A stretch of 64,000 bases of DNA from Antedon mediterranea (lineage: Eukaryota; Animalia; Echinodermata): the NCBI RefSeq assembly GCF_964355755.1, contig NC_092676.1, positions 6,425,888 to 6,489,887 on the forward strand, given 5' to 3'. Shown here piece after piece: positions 52,139 through 64,000 of this stretch. The notes beneath the pieces were generated by a model that was not told where the DNA came from, made no database searches, and worked only from the letters and a program-made list of their open reading frames with translations. Each line of letters begins with the position of its first letter. Position 1 is the first letter of the stretch. Made by a program: the position numbers and the translations under genes.

Positions 52139-53859
52139 TCTTTATATTAACTCAGATGTTTAATCTTAATCGGAATTGTTTTAAGGAAGGTTAAACAAAC
52201 TTATAAACAGAACTTTAATAAAGAAAATCATAAAACGAACATAAAATAGAACTGGATAAAAACAAACAAATTTTAAAAAGAACTAAAAAACAATAGCAAT
52301 TCTCTGCAGAAAGAAATACCCACTAAAACTAACATACTGTACGTGACATACAAGAATGTTATATAGGTTACATTTAATTTTTTTGGAATCCCATTTTAAT
52401 AGTACAGTATTATAGTTATTAATTATGTCTATAGTTAGGAAAAGTCTGGATCGAATCCAAACAGACGATATTTATTATAGTTATTATATAAGGTGTTGTT
52501 GTGTTGTTGTAAGGCCATTTCAAATTATATTGGGATTATAATCTTTACATTTATTCCTATGTCCTATTATTATGAAAAATTAAGAAAAAAAAAAAGAATT
52601 TTACAAACAGAACTTAATAAATCTTTCTTCATAGGAGACAAGCATAACTGCCAAAATCTGTATGGAGGAATACATTATTATCAGGTGAGTAAACCCTCAT
52701 GTTAGGGATTATTGGAATTAACGCCTCTATGCAGAGTAGTTTTCTGACTGCTCCGCCACCTTTGATATGAGATCTTTTCATATTTTGTGCGGTCATCTCT
52801 GGAAAAGATCTCGTTCGGAATAGTATTATCTCATTCACATATATATAAAATAATGAATTAAATATGAATTTCAAAAATGCTATGATACACAGATAGTGTG
52901 TATATAACAACCTCATTATCTATTAAATAAATAAGTTAATAAAACTGTTAAAAAAACATTTCATTTGATACGATTAACAATTTGATTAGACATATTTTAA
53001 TGTATACCTTTTTTATGGTACTTGTTTTTCTTTCTATTCAGATAGCATTTATAATAATTCAACACAAGTAGGCTTCTTATGCAAGTGTTACGGAGTGTAA
53101 TGAAATTAAATGGTTTCAAATTGTAATCAATGTTTGTGGTCAAGCAAAATGAGGTCCATTACAAGAATTGAAGACAGTCATAGATATATTTATAAAAGAA
53201 ATAATTACGGACTTCAGAAAAGAACCCTTTGTGCATAATTATGTTGTTATTGATGATGCTACTACCCGTAGAAGTATATTGCAATAGACAACACATTATA
53301 ATTATTGGTGTATTATTTTAATACAAATTGTATAAGTAAGGTCACATGTAGTGCGGCAACTTAAACAATACCGCGTAAAAATACTTTGATTATACGTCCT
53401 ATCATTATTTTTAATAAATGTGTTTATAAATAAATAGTCTTATAATTATTATATTTTAGCAAAAACAAATCTTTCTTTTGTACATATAATTCACTATTTA
53501 ATAGTTTCTTCTTTTATTTCCTCTTTATTTCCTTTTTTGGCTGCTTGTGTATCCTGTTTTTGTATTTATTTATGTTTTAGCTATTTTTTGGTAGTCCAAT
53601 GGCTAGTTTTATGACAGATAGAAGTGTTCACGTAGAGTATTCAATGCCACGTCTTGATGGCGAATTTTGCATAAACCAAAAAATTATCCATGTGAAAAAA
53701 TCAATATAATTGTAGGCCTAATATAATTGTTTATCCATAGACGAATTAATTTGCAAAATATGTGTATGATATGAAAAAAATATACAATTTTTATTATGTA
53801 AACTATTAAATGAAATGAGTTTAATCTACACAGTTTGAATAATTATTAACACACATTGT

Positions 53860-54705
53860 TGAATTGACATTATAATGTTCAAACTTGAAATAGAAACAGG
53901 ATATTAGATAACCAAAATTACAAACCAATCGGAGAATCAAATGGAATATTCTGATTTAAAACATATTAAAATGAAGTCACTCTGATATAACATATAATAT
54001 TTCTAGATGCGCGTTCTTAAATGGAATGAAAATCCGATTTTACTTGACCTGGCCAGATGACGTCACAAATCCAATAGGAAAATGTTTTCATGAATTCATA
54101 TCTACAATTTAACAGCTTCCATATTAAGTTTTATGGCTATCACTTTAAATTTGGAGAGAGTTATGAGAGATGGATGTATATTATAAAGATAAAATAAGTG
54201 ATCCAAGTTGTTCCAATTTTTAGACATGATGACTTTATAAAAAATAAAATATTTTTAAATCAGAAGACAGAAAATTGATCATAATATATACCGTAGTTGA
54301 GCTGAACTCTGTCTATATTTGTGCCATATCCACGTGCATGTACGTTAAAAATTATGCACATAAAAAAATTAGGCTATGTCATTATGACCTGAAGAATATA
54401 AATTCTGTCTATTTTGTGTCTTATAGTATCAGTATACCATATACTCTATACATTATTATACAGTCTAGCATAATTAAAATATTAGTCTCGACTTCAATTC
54501 TTCAATTTTTAATATGATGACCCATCAAAATGAAACAGGAAGATAGCAACTTCGGAAGACAATCAACTGATCACAAACATATTAACATGTTAAAGAATTT
54601 GAATACGTAAAATATAGATGCTCTTTTAAATGAGATGAAGTATGACGCAAAAGATGAAAATACGACTTTTTTTATTCAACTGACCATATGATGACGTCAC
54701 AACAC
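53860..54705 (-). mobile_element. Old degenerate HINE-body fragments downstream of the ORF
   Basis: Diverged matches such as CTGGCCAGATGACGTCACAAATCCAATAGG, CACGTGCATGTACGTT, GACCATATGATGACGTCACAAC; no termini. Confidence 0.7.
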
Positions 54706-56009
54706 GCACGTACACTAAATTAAGTAATTATTGCTAGGTAAATAGGGTCAAAGAATATATATCACAAGAATGAGTATTCCGCGATTTTTGCATGAGAAAT
54801 TTGTAACACAGAGCTCCAGTGAATGAGGCCCGCCCTCATAAGGGTGGATGTATACATACTAAATAAAACTTGATTTAATAGATATTATACATGTCACATT
54901 AAATAGAATTATGATAATAGTTTTTGCAATTGTAAACTATTTTATAATACATATTTATTAACAAACTAGTGTACATTCACTTTTACAGACAATTATTTAC
55001 TAACATGCTAAGTTAGTTCACAAAAAAGGCCTAACACAGCAACACCAAAAATCAACGAATCGTTACTCAGCACGGCCTATTCATTACCATTGCCGTGTAC
55101 TACTCTACGCCCGGTAAATTAAGTATTGTTTTTATGATATAAATTAGTATAAAATACATGTTATTAATAGGACAAAATGATAAATGTCTTTAACATTTAT
55201 TTGTTTTACCAGAAACAAGTTAAATATAGGAATATTATTAAACTATCCTTCGTGAAAACGCGTAAACACCAACACGCCCGGTCACGCTATCGTAGCGCCC
55301 GGTTGATAAAGCAAACTGTTTATACGGCAGTTTTTACTAAATAAATTGCATAAAAATAACAATTAAATATCCAAATAGTATTTAACATGATGTTGGCATC
55401 ATGGATCTATTCTTTAATCCATGTTGGCATGTAGTTGTAGTAGTTTATCCTGAAAATGCTACCGGTGGTCTAGCCTTTGATTATTGAAACCGTCACAAAA
55501 AGTTGTATACATCCCAGATACATCCACACTTATGGCGGCGCCCTACCACATGGACAATATTACTGTTACAGGGAAAATCGCGGATTACTCATTCTTGTGA
55601 TATATATTCCTTGATAGGGTTTATGTTTATGATGACAGGTAGTGTCAGGTTCGGCGAATGTAAAATTCCGTCGACTTCAAGTATAATGTAAATAGATAAA
55701 TGATGAAGGTACAAGTAGGTTAAATTCTCATGAGCCTTTTGTTCATATAAGGTAGAACTTATAATTACAAGATACAACACAATTAAGTAGAAATATATAT
55801 ATATATATATTCACGTCCCACTAGCTTGGAATCAAAACGAAGAGTGCCAGAGGCCTACTAGGTCCCTGGATAAGTTGTTTACCACAATTAAGCGAGTAGT
55901 TGAATTACACGCACAGTAAAATAGCCAATCAGAACCTAGTCTTATTTGGCCTGCTACATTATAGAAATAGGTAGGAAATAAATTATTTGCGCTATACCAT
56001 TACGTCACG

Positions 56010-57477
56010 GTCAGTATAAACAGTTAAATATGTATACATAAATTATTATATACAGTGTAGAATAGGTAAAATTACGGGACCCGCCATTTATTCCAATTTT
56101 TAACATGGCGACGGTAACAAAATGAAACACTAAGTTAGCAATTTCGGAAGGAAATTATATCAGCAACAACATATTAACGTGTAGAAGAAATTTGAATACG
56201 TAAAATATAGATGCGCGCCCTTTTAAATGTGATGAACTTTGGCGTAAAATATGAAAATACGACTTTTTGTATTCAACTGGCCATATGATGACGTCAAAAC
56301 ATCTGATTGGCAAAATGTTTACATGATTTCGTATCTACAATCCAATAGCTTCCAGAAAACGTTTTAATTGTGATTATCACATTTTATTCTTACGAGCTAT
56401 AATATATTTAAATTTAATGTAAAGATGAAATTAATGCCACACGTAATATAAATTTTTAGTTATGATGACGTCATAAAAATTAAATTATTTTTAATTCATG
56501 CGAAAGATAGTTGATTGACCTAGACAATATCACAATCGGGGTGAAAATGGAAAACGGATAAGTGGAGATGCGCTCTATTAAATGTGATGAGCTATGACGA
56601 AAGATACAAAAATCCTATATTTTATATTTGCGTGGCTATACGATGACGTCACAATGTTCGGTTAGCCATATTAATACCTGATCCGATATCTACAACTCAT
56701 CAACTTCCAGAATATATCATCCACAAAAAGTTGACCGTGTAGTTTTGAAATTACGACTGTTTAAAAAAAGGTATACTTTTGACAAATTTTGACGAATTTT
56801 TGAACTTTTCCATCAAAAACACACGTAAATGATCCAATTCGACGTGCTCGTATGACGTAATTTTAAGTCAAAATTATTTAAAAGTTGGTAAAATTACTAG
56901 AAAAGGCTGGAAAAACCTAAATTACTCGAAAAAAATTGTTTTCAACGCTACGTGCGCACCACGCGCGTAAAAATATTCGCGCGCGTGGGAATTTTTTGCA
57001 TGCTCAAAATGACATGAAACGCGTAGAAAGTTGATTAGAAATTGATTTTTTGTATTTTAAAATTTTAAACGCGCGTGCGCGCGTAACTTCGTGTGAAACA
57101 TGCCATTTTTTTTCCACAGTCGGTTAGCGCAGAATATAAATTAAACTTTTGCTAAGTTTCAATTTAAATTGTTATATGGTTTTTGATTAATGTTAAATAC
57201 GCTAAATTCGTTAAAATGCGCGTAAGTCATGTTGCGCAATTCTGACGTCATTCAAAAATAAAAAAGCACAACTTCACGTGAATGCCCATATGTTGACAAA
57301 GTTATGAAATGTTAACTGTACACGTTTTTGAGATATGCTCTGCACAAAAATGACAGAAAGAAAGAAGAATACAGAAAAAAAAAAAAGATGATGAAACAGG
57401 ACAGTTACAAGGAGTTATCCGTGAAAGCGGATGAAACAGGACAGTTACAAGGAGTTATCCGTGAAAGCGGATAACTA
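56010..57477 (-). mobile_element. HINE-type 5' arm (subfamily E/B3) with cap but no adjacent 3' end
   Basis: B-like body from ~56010; cap GAGTTATCCGtgaaagCGGATAACTA with a 40-bp tandem duplication (57390/57430). Confidence 0.85.
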
Positions 57478-57596
57478 AAAAAGATGATGTTGATCTCGTA
57501 CAATCACAAGAGGTTATCCTGCAACTTCGTTGCGGATAACCAAAAATATTGATCCCATACAATAACAAGGAGTTATCCGCCAAGTGCGGATAACTA
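57478..57596 (-). repeat. Stack 3: two orphan 5' caps (B2, B1)
   Basis: Match the caps of complete B2 and B1 units. Confidence 0.92.
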
Positions 57597-59126
57597 ACTA
57601 GAATTTAATTCGTCACTTTGACGAATTATAGGTGATCATTTTTATCGCTTTACTGACATTAATATTTTTTAAACATGCACGTACGTTAACATACAATAGG
57701 AAAATGTTGATGTATACCATCCTGATATACGCTTATAGTGCTGAGTTGTGCCTATTATGTGTCATATACAATATGTACAGTATATACTGTATATCTATAT
57801 ACAGTGTAGCATAGGTGAAATTACGGGACCCACATCATGTTCAAATTTTTTGGTATGATGGAATTATCAAAATAAACTCAAAGATGACAATTTCGAAAGA
57901 TAATGAATTGAGCAAATAAAAATAAGGATTGGAAGATAATTTGACACGTAGAAGCGCAATGCGCGCTCTTTGAAATTTGTATAACTTTGACTAAAGAAAT
58001 TTAAAAACAACGTTTTAACTTCAACTGGCCATATGATAACATCACAACATCCGATAGGCTTAATTTTTATATTAATTCATATCTACATTACATCAGCTTT
58101 CATAATAAGTTATAATTTTCAAGGTCACCTTTAATTCTGAAGAGCTATAATATATTCAAATGTAAGGTGTAGCTGAAATTACACGACCTACGTTATTCAA
58201 GTTTTTACGCGTGATGATGTCATCAAAATAAAAATATTGACAACTCCTGAGAAAGATAATTAATTGAGCAAGCCCATCCTAAAATTTGTGCGCAAATCAG
58301 GCTCAAATAACGGAGATGGGCTCTGTTGAATGTGATAACCCACACAAAAACATAAAAATTACTAATTTTTAAATTCAAGTGGCCATTTGATGACGTCATA
58401 CCATTTTGTACGTCTAATGTGTATATACATTTATATCTACAACTTATTGGCTTCCATATTAAGTTAAAAAAATTAGGGGTCATCTTCCATTCTGAAGAGT
58501 TATATTCATTTTAAAAAGGCCTTAATTTTTACCATTTTTAGCACTTTTGTACAATTAATGTGCGCATTTTGTCATTTTTAACGTGCTCGTATAGCACTAT
58601 TTTAAATCGAAATGGACTCACAATTTACGCTTTCTAAATACGCACGTGCAAAAACGTGTTTTTGCGCAGTAATTTTTTAAAACACGCAAATGGCCTATTT
58701 TATGCTCTAAATTGATCAAAACTTAATTTTGAGCTTTTTAAAATTTTAACGCGCGATTTCACGTGCATGACCTTGAAACACGTAAGTTTTTATTTTTTAA
58801 TATTTTTACCCTTCACCTGAAGTTTACGTATAGTGAATTTTATTGATATGTGATAAAGAGTTATGGAGATATGATTTATAGTGTGATTTCACAAAATCGC
58901 GTATACGTGACGTCACGGTTGAGTGATAACGCTGAAAAGCTTATTATGGCTAAGTTAAAGTATTTGAAAGACACTGTGAATTTTTTGTGATCATTGCCAT
59001 TCAACTTTTTGAGATAATTGTTACACAAAAAGTGTACAGAAAGAATAAAAAAAAAAAAAAAAATAATAATAATAAAGATTTCATACAATAACAATAGGTG
59101 ATCATTTTATTCTAAATGATCACCTA
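57597..59126 (-). mobile_element. HINE subfamily A unit 22 (complete)
   Basis: Both termini present; small deletion near 58620. Confidence 0.9.
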
Positions 59127-59457
59127 ATAAATGTTTTATTTCAATAGCTGGACCTGAACTATGGAACGATCTCCCTGTTGTTAAAATAAAACTTTCTGTA
59201 TCTTTAATTACTTTAAAAAAATCTGTAAAACGTTACCTATTAGCCATTTAGAAAACTTACTTTTGTTATTCTCAGTATATTATCTCTTTCCTTTTTTGAC
59301 TTATTTTATTGTTATTGTTTTATACAGTATTTCTTTTTATGTATTTTGCATATTTGTATTGTTGTAGGGGCCCTCATGAGACAAGCTATTGCTTCTAGTG
59401 TGGGCCCCAGTTATTGTCAAATAACTGAATAAACCTGTATGAATGAATGAATGAATG
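59127..59457 (+). mobile_element. Decayed CR1/L2-group LINE 3' end, right part with 3'UTR and (GAAT)n tail
   Basis: KCFISIAGPELWNDLPVVKIKLSVSLITLKKSVKRYLLAI* (stop 59249-59251), then a GGGCCC...GGGCCC stem, AATAAA and (GAAT)4. Confidence 0.8.
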
Positions 59458-60821
59458 TAGATTTGAAACGTCGCACACGTACGTATTCATGAATGGTTTA
59501 ACTAACGTAAATAATTCGGCCTATATACAAGTACTATTTAATCATTGACAAGAATCGTACCATTTAAACGAGACTGTAGGCCTGTATATGACAAATGTAT
59601 TAAAACATTCTCGGAAATCATACATGTTTGTTTAATGAAGTAGAAGCATATCCGTACTCCTATACTATAAATACATGATACTTGAGGATGTATACATTAT
59701 AGAATCTCATTGGAAAGAACTATTTAAACATAATGCAATTCTGTTATCTGTTACCCATTTTATAGAAAAGAAATCGATCGTTCTTCTGTATCCTTCGCCA
59801 TGTCACTGGTACTGTATTTTCTCTAGTGATCTATCCCACAGCTGACCCCCCGCCCCTACCACCCACTCCCCTCCTAACGTTATATAAAAAACACGTGTCG
59901 TACCCCACTATTGCTTAGGCCTAAAAACAGACTCTTCGAACATCATCATGTTAATGTATTGATTCTTCTCCGGGATCACCACGGGGATATCACCACCAAC
60001 TGTCAATGGAATAGCATACTCCATGCCTAACAAACCCACCCCGAATACCAGTATCTATATTTTGATTAAAACATGCTAACTAAATTGATACAATTGCAAT
60101 GCATGTAAGAGGATGCCGCCAAAATATGTGCAGTATTTATTCATGATGATACAAATAATTACAAATACAGACGTTCATGTTAATTTCGTCTGTCATTGAT
60201 GATGCGACATTAGAATGTCAACTGCACCTATAAAGTATAACACAAATATCGTATAACCATTCAAAGCACATGAATTCAGATCAGTGCAGTTGTTATTTTT
60301 AAAGCTTGGGGTCTTGCGAATTGTTCCTATTTTTTCAAATAGGATATATAAAGATCCGTATACTCTTGCTCAGCGTAGACATGCCCTTATTATTGTGTAT
60401 AGGCCTCCTTACAGTGTATTTACATGCACACTTTCTCTTCTTAAACATGTCGTTTATAGGTGGGTTGTTATCAACTGCATTTAAAAATATCGCAAACTTT
60501 AACAGTTTCTGATTGCAACTGTTAAAGTTAGGTTTTATGCGGTTTTTTTCTCAACATTTCGTTGTTCACATTTTAAAATTCATTTTTGTTGGCATTTCTT
60601 TCAATATGGATTGGTACTTAAATCCGTATTCTCTAGCTCAGCAGAAATAGGCCCTTATTGTATACATCACAGTCAGTATTATTTACCTGCTGCAAACTTT
60701 CAATTTGTTAACATTTCTCTTGTAGGTGGATTGTATTGATTTTTACGTAATGTTTGCGTTATAAACGTTGCCACTTTTTGTTGAAACAAATATATTTTCC
60801 AGAACATTCCTCTTTATTTAA

Positions 60822-61235
60822 AGATGTATTGTCCCTTTGTCAAATTCCAAAAAAAAAAAAAAGATTTCGAAAAAAAGTGGGTCATTTTGAAGTTTTGAAT
60901 CTATCAAAACATATCTCATAATGAAACGCGCTTATTTGGCTTCCTCGCGATCTGTGTGAAAACACCTTCTCAACCGTGACGAGTTGTAAACAATCCTAAT
61001 TAGCATCATGCATAATGTATACTCATGGTTTGAAATCTTTGTTTACTTGCGTTCGGGACGATTATCCAGACGAAATGTAATCAAATTAATTTAGCTGTTA
61101 ATTACGTAAATTTGTTGTTTTTGGCTCGAATTTTCGACTTAAGGTGATAACTTTAATATTACTTTGATATGGAAAATTTAATTTTAGAATATTTTGACCT
61201 TCATTTTTTTTTGTGTTTCAAGGGACAATACATCT
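60822..61235. mobile_element. Non-autonomous DNA transposon/MITE, Kolobok-like
   Basis: TIR AGATGTATTGTCCCTT / AAGGGACAATACATCT flanked by TTAA and TTAT (degenerate TTAA TSD); AG...CT termini. Confidence 0.65.
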
Positions 61236-62301
61236 TTATGCTTTAATGTATACCTTAGCGAAAATGATATCAAACATAATTATTAACCCTACTACCTCGC
61301 TAATAAAATAAACCAAAAATAAGTCGACCTTGTTTGCTAATGGAAAATATTTTACGCCGAAGGTTAATATTAAATTGTAACAAACAACAAACGAATCGTT
61401 GTGAATATTTCAGTCAAGAACCACTAGACTGGCATTCCCTTGTTGAATTTATAATTCTTTTAACAATCTAACAGATGGTAACATATGAGAAATCAATTAC
61501 TTTGTTTTTTATCCTACAAGGTAGAACAACGAAAAGAATTTTATTGGAATTGTTGAAAAGTTTAAATAAAACATCATTTCTTAAGAAATGTATGTAAAGA
61601 CACCTTGGTCAGTAAATCTGCATAAACCACCTAGGGGTTGATATTCAACCTAGGAAACTAATATTTTGCTAGTGGTTTGTCATTGTTAGTTAAACATTTC
61701 AAAACGAGCTATAATGTTTGCTGACAAACATTGCTTTTTACCCATTATCCGGAAGTGATCTTTCTGATTAATCAAATGAAAATATGCCGTATTCATTTGA
61801 GGCACAAAATGATGATTTTGAGGTATATACACTATTTCCCCAAACCCGAATAATTGGTTTTTGTAAAAAATTCATGCGCTGCTGATGATAATTTTAAATT
61901 ATTATCATTTTAAAATGCTAATCGTCGTTAGACATTGCGCGTCTCACTTCTGTTCTCCACTCAGTAAGTTTTTTAGCAAACTTGTGTATATAATAGGTCT
62001 TCATGTGAAAAGTTCTGTTTTCCCTTTTATGTTTGCCATCCATATTGTTTTTGGTTGTCCTTTTGGTCTTTCTCTGAGACCATACCATGTCAGCCTTTTT
62101 CCTTACATTCTTACTCCAGTCTTTCCAATATTTTTTGAAAATTGTCATCATTCCGTTGCGAACTATAATAATGTTATAATCAGTATCATATAATTATGAT
62201 TCTGATCTTTTGTTTTGATTTTAAATAATCTTTTTTAAATATAGAAACGACCCATTTGGCCTCTTATGGCCTATTATGCATTGCCAATTTCTGTTTTTCA
62301 T

Positions 62302-62435
62302 GTGATGTGCCCAAATATGGTAGTGATATGCCCAAATATGGTAGTGATATGCCCAAATATGGTAGTGATATGCCCAAATATGGTAGTGATGTGCCCAAAT
62401 ATGGTAGTGATATGCCCAAATATGGTAGTGATATG
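62302..62435. repeat. 21-bp minisatellite, ~6 copies (GTGATATGCCCAAATATGGTA)
   Basis: Near-perfect tandem copies. Confidence 0.95.
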
Positions 62436-63778
62436 ACATCATCATATCCATTTGAGCACGTCACATTTTTTTTTCACATAAAATTCATTGCCATTCTAGT
62501 TGATTTTCCACATGAATATATTACTATTACTACGCCTTGAAATAACTTGGCAATTTTCCTACGTTTCCTCTCTGTAATATTTACCTTCGAAAAAGGAAAT
62601 TCCATCCGAGTGTGGTGATGTAGCCTCAAACCAAATCGGTAGCCTAGCGTTTGGCACGAACAAAATGGAAATTAATAGTCAGTTGGTGCAAACGCATGTG
62701 AACAAATATCGTGATATTTAGGCCAATTTTTACCAAGTTCAAGAATTCTGAACATTTAGGATTTTACAAAGCGAGAAATTCCAAGTTTTTCCGCTTCCCG
62801 CGTTGCTTATAATATTATAAATAGGCCTTCTATTTGTTAACGATTTAATTTGCCATTCAATTCTATAGTAATTTTGTAGACAGGCCAGATAATGGTATAG
62901 AATTCCTGAAGAGCTCAAATTATTGAATAAAAATTGTCATATTCGTGTTCAATTTTCCATCTAAAGTATTTCAAAGTTAGGTGAAAAGAAACTGAATAAT
63001 GCTTAGACCATTGGTCATGGTAGATAATGGGTATATACAACCATGGAATAAATTAAAATCAAGGAATAATTATTTTTATTTTGACTTAACGTTAAATATT
63101 TCTACAAAAATATGATTCAACAGTATTCAGTAAGGTAATTCCAATTTTTAGAAAAATGTTTTGACTGTTCAAACAGGGAAGAGTACATCCCTGGTTCAAC
63201 TGCTTGAGGGTGATTCATCCTATATCAAGATTAACAATAAAGTTCGAAATATAGAATCATAATTACTTGTCTCACTTTTTTTCAGAAAGTGTTTTACATT
63301 TTCCAACTCCGTGAACCATCTTATTCCCTTCAAACGTTATATGGCCTACTAATATACTATAACTGACATTTATACATTTTAACTGAACATTTTGTAGCCA
63401 ACACATGTTATATATTTTCTAATATTAGGATTATATATAACAGTTAATTAGCATTACGAATACTAAGTGACAGTGTTGACAGGATAGTAACCAGTCCCCT
63501 GGACTGCGTCAATTCATTCGCCCCGGGATCGGAGTCTGTTCAGGTGACCGCTTGTTTTCTCGAGCAAATCTCATACTGGGCTGTATTTAGGTTTATTTAT
63601 CTACTGCATTTTAATGTTGCAAGTCATAAGAAAGGAATTTAATTTTCAAACGTGATAATAAAGTTATTATTAAAACTGCAACGGCATATTATTGCAACTA
63701 ATTATGGTGTTAATTACAATTAACATTTAGGCACTAACTCGGTTCAGTTCATGCTTTCCAAAAGTACAGCGTTTGTAA

Positions 63779-63897
63779 AGCGTCGTGGTTCCCACTAGAT
63801 ACGCAACGTATAATAATAATAATCCATCACTTGTGATTGATCAAATCACTTGCATTGCGTTACAACCTTGCGTTGCGTCGCTAGTGGGAACCAAGCT
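63779..63897. mobile_element. Small MITE, PIF/Harbinger-like
   Basis: Inverted repeats TGGTTCCCACTAG..ACGCAACG / CGTTGCGT..CTAGTGGGAACCA, flanked by TAA on both sides. Confidence 0.6.
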
Positions 63898-64000
63898 TAA
63901 AAGACGGAAGAGAACCACGCATGGAAATGTCTCCATACTTTACACGCAGCATGAAGGGAAACGTTCATCCACTTCCTCTAGAGACTGACCAACTTTTGTT

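Larger units (their letters stand above)
4089..59126 (-). mobile_element. 55-kb nested cluster of Helentron (Helitron2/HLE2) elements
   Basis: Bounded by a 3' end (ACTAG + hairpin + subTIR) at 4089 and a 5' palindromic cap ending at 59126. The flanks rejoin as one LINE frame. Confidence 0.9.

Noticed and set aside
54820-55310. Small hairpins (ATGAGG/CCTCAT; CGCTA/TAGCG) and three CGCCCGGT motifs as the + strand 3' end of the coding element
   Set aside because: Short stems, no following CTAG/CTTG+T, and no matching subTIR upstream of the ORF.
60330-60740. Diverged ~150-bp direct duplication (ATCCGTAT.CTCT.GCTCAGC...)
   Set aside because: Two old copies with no termini or coding signal; not interpretable.

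Overview
AT-rich animal (probably marine invertebrate) genomic DNA with no recognisable host gene. About 55 kb (4089-59126) is one nest of Helentron/Helitron2 (HLE2) rolling-circle transposons, inserted at a single A|A site inside the 3' end of a decayed CR1/L2-type LINE; the LINE reading frame rejoins exactly across the nest. The nest holds about 23 co-oriented (minus strand) 1.2-2.1 kb non-autonomous HINE-type units from about 6 subfamilies. Each has a 3' subTIR + hairpin + CTAG(T) end and a palindromic 5' cap. Many units inserted into the T-tract just inside another unit's 5' cap. The displaced caps form three stacks (19.9-20.1, 36.25-36.48, 57.39-57.6 kb) in last-in-first-out order, giving six nesting levels. 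Inside the nest is an intact ~3050-aa RepHel ORF (42980-52138, + strand, antisense to the ends): N-terminal hydrophobic helix, PHD, LSGG motif, herpes-tegument-type (C76-like) and OTU deubiquitinase-like proteases, basic repeats, Zn finger, HUH-Y2 Rep, Pif1 helicase and AP endonuclease. The flanks hold minisatellites and two MITEs. All assignments were made by eye; no searches were run.
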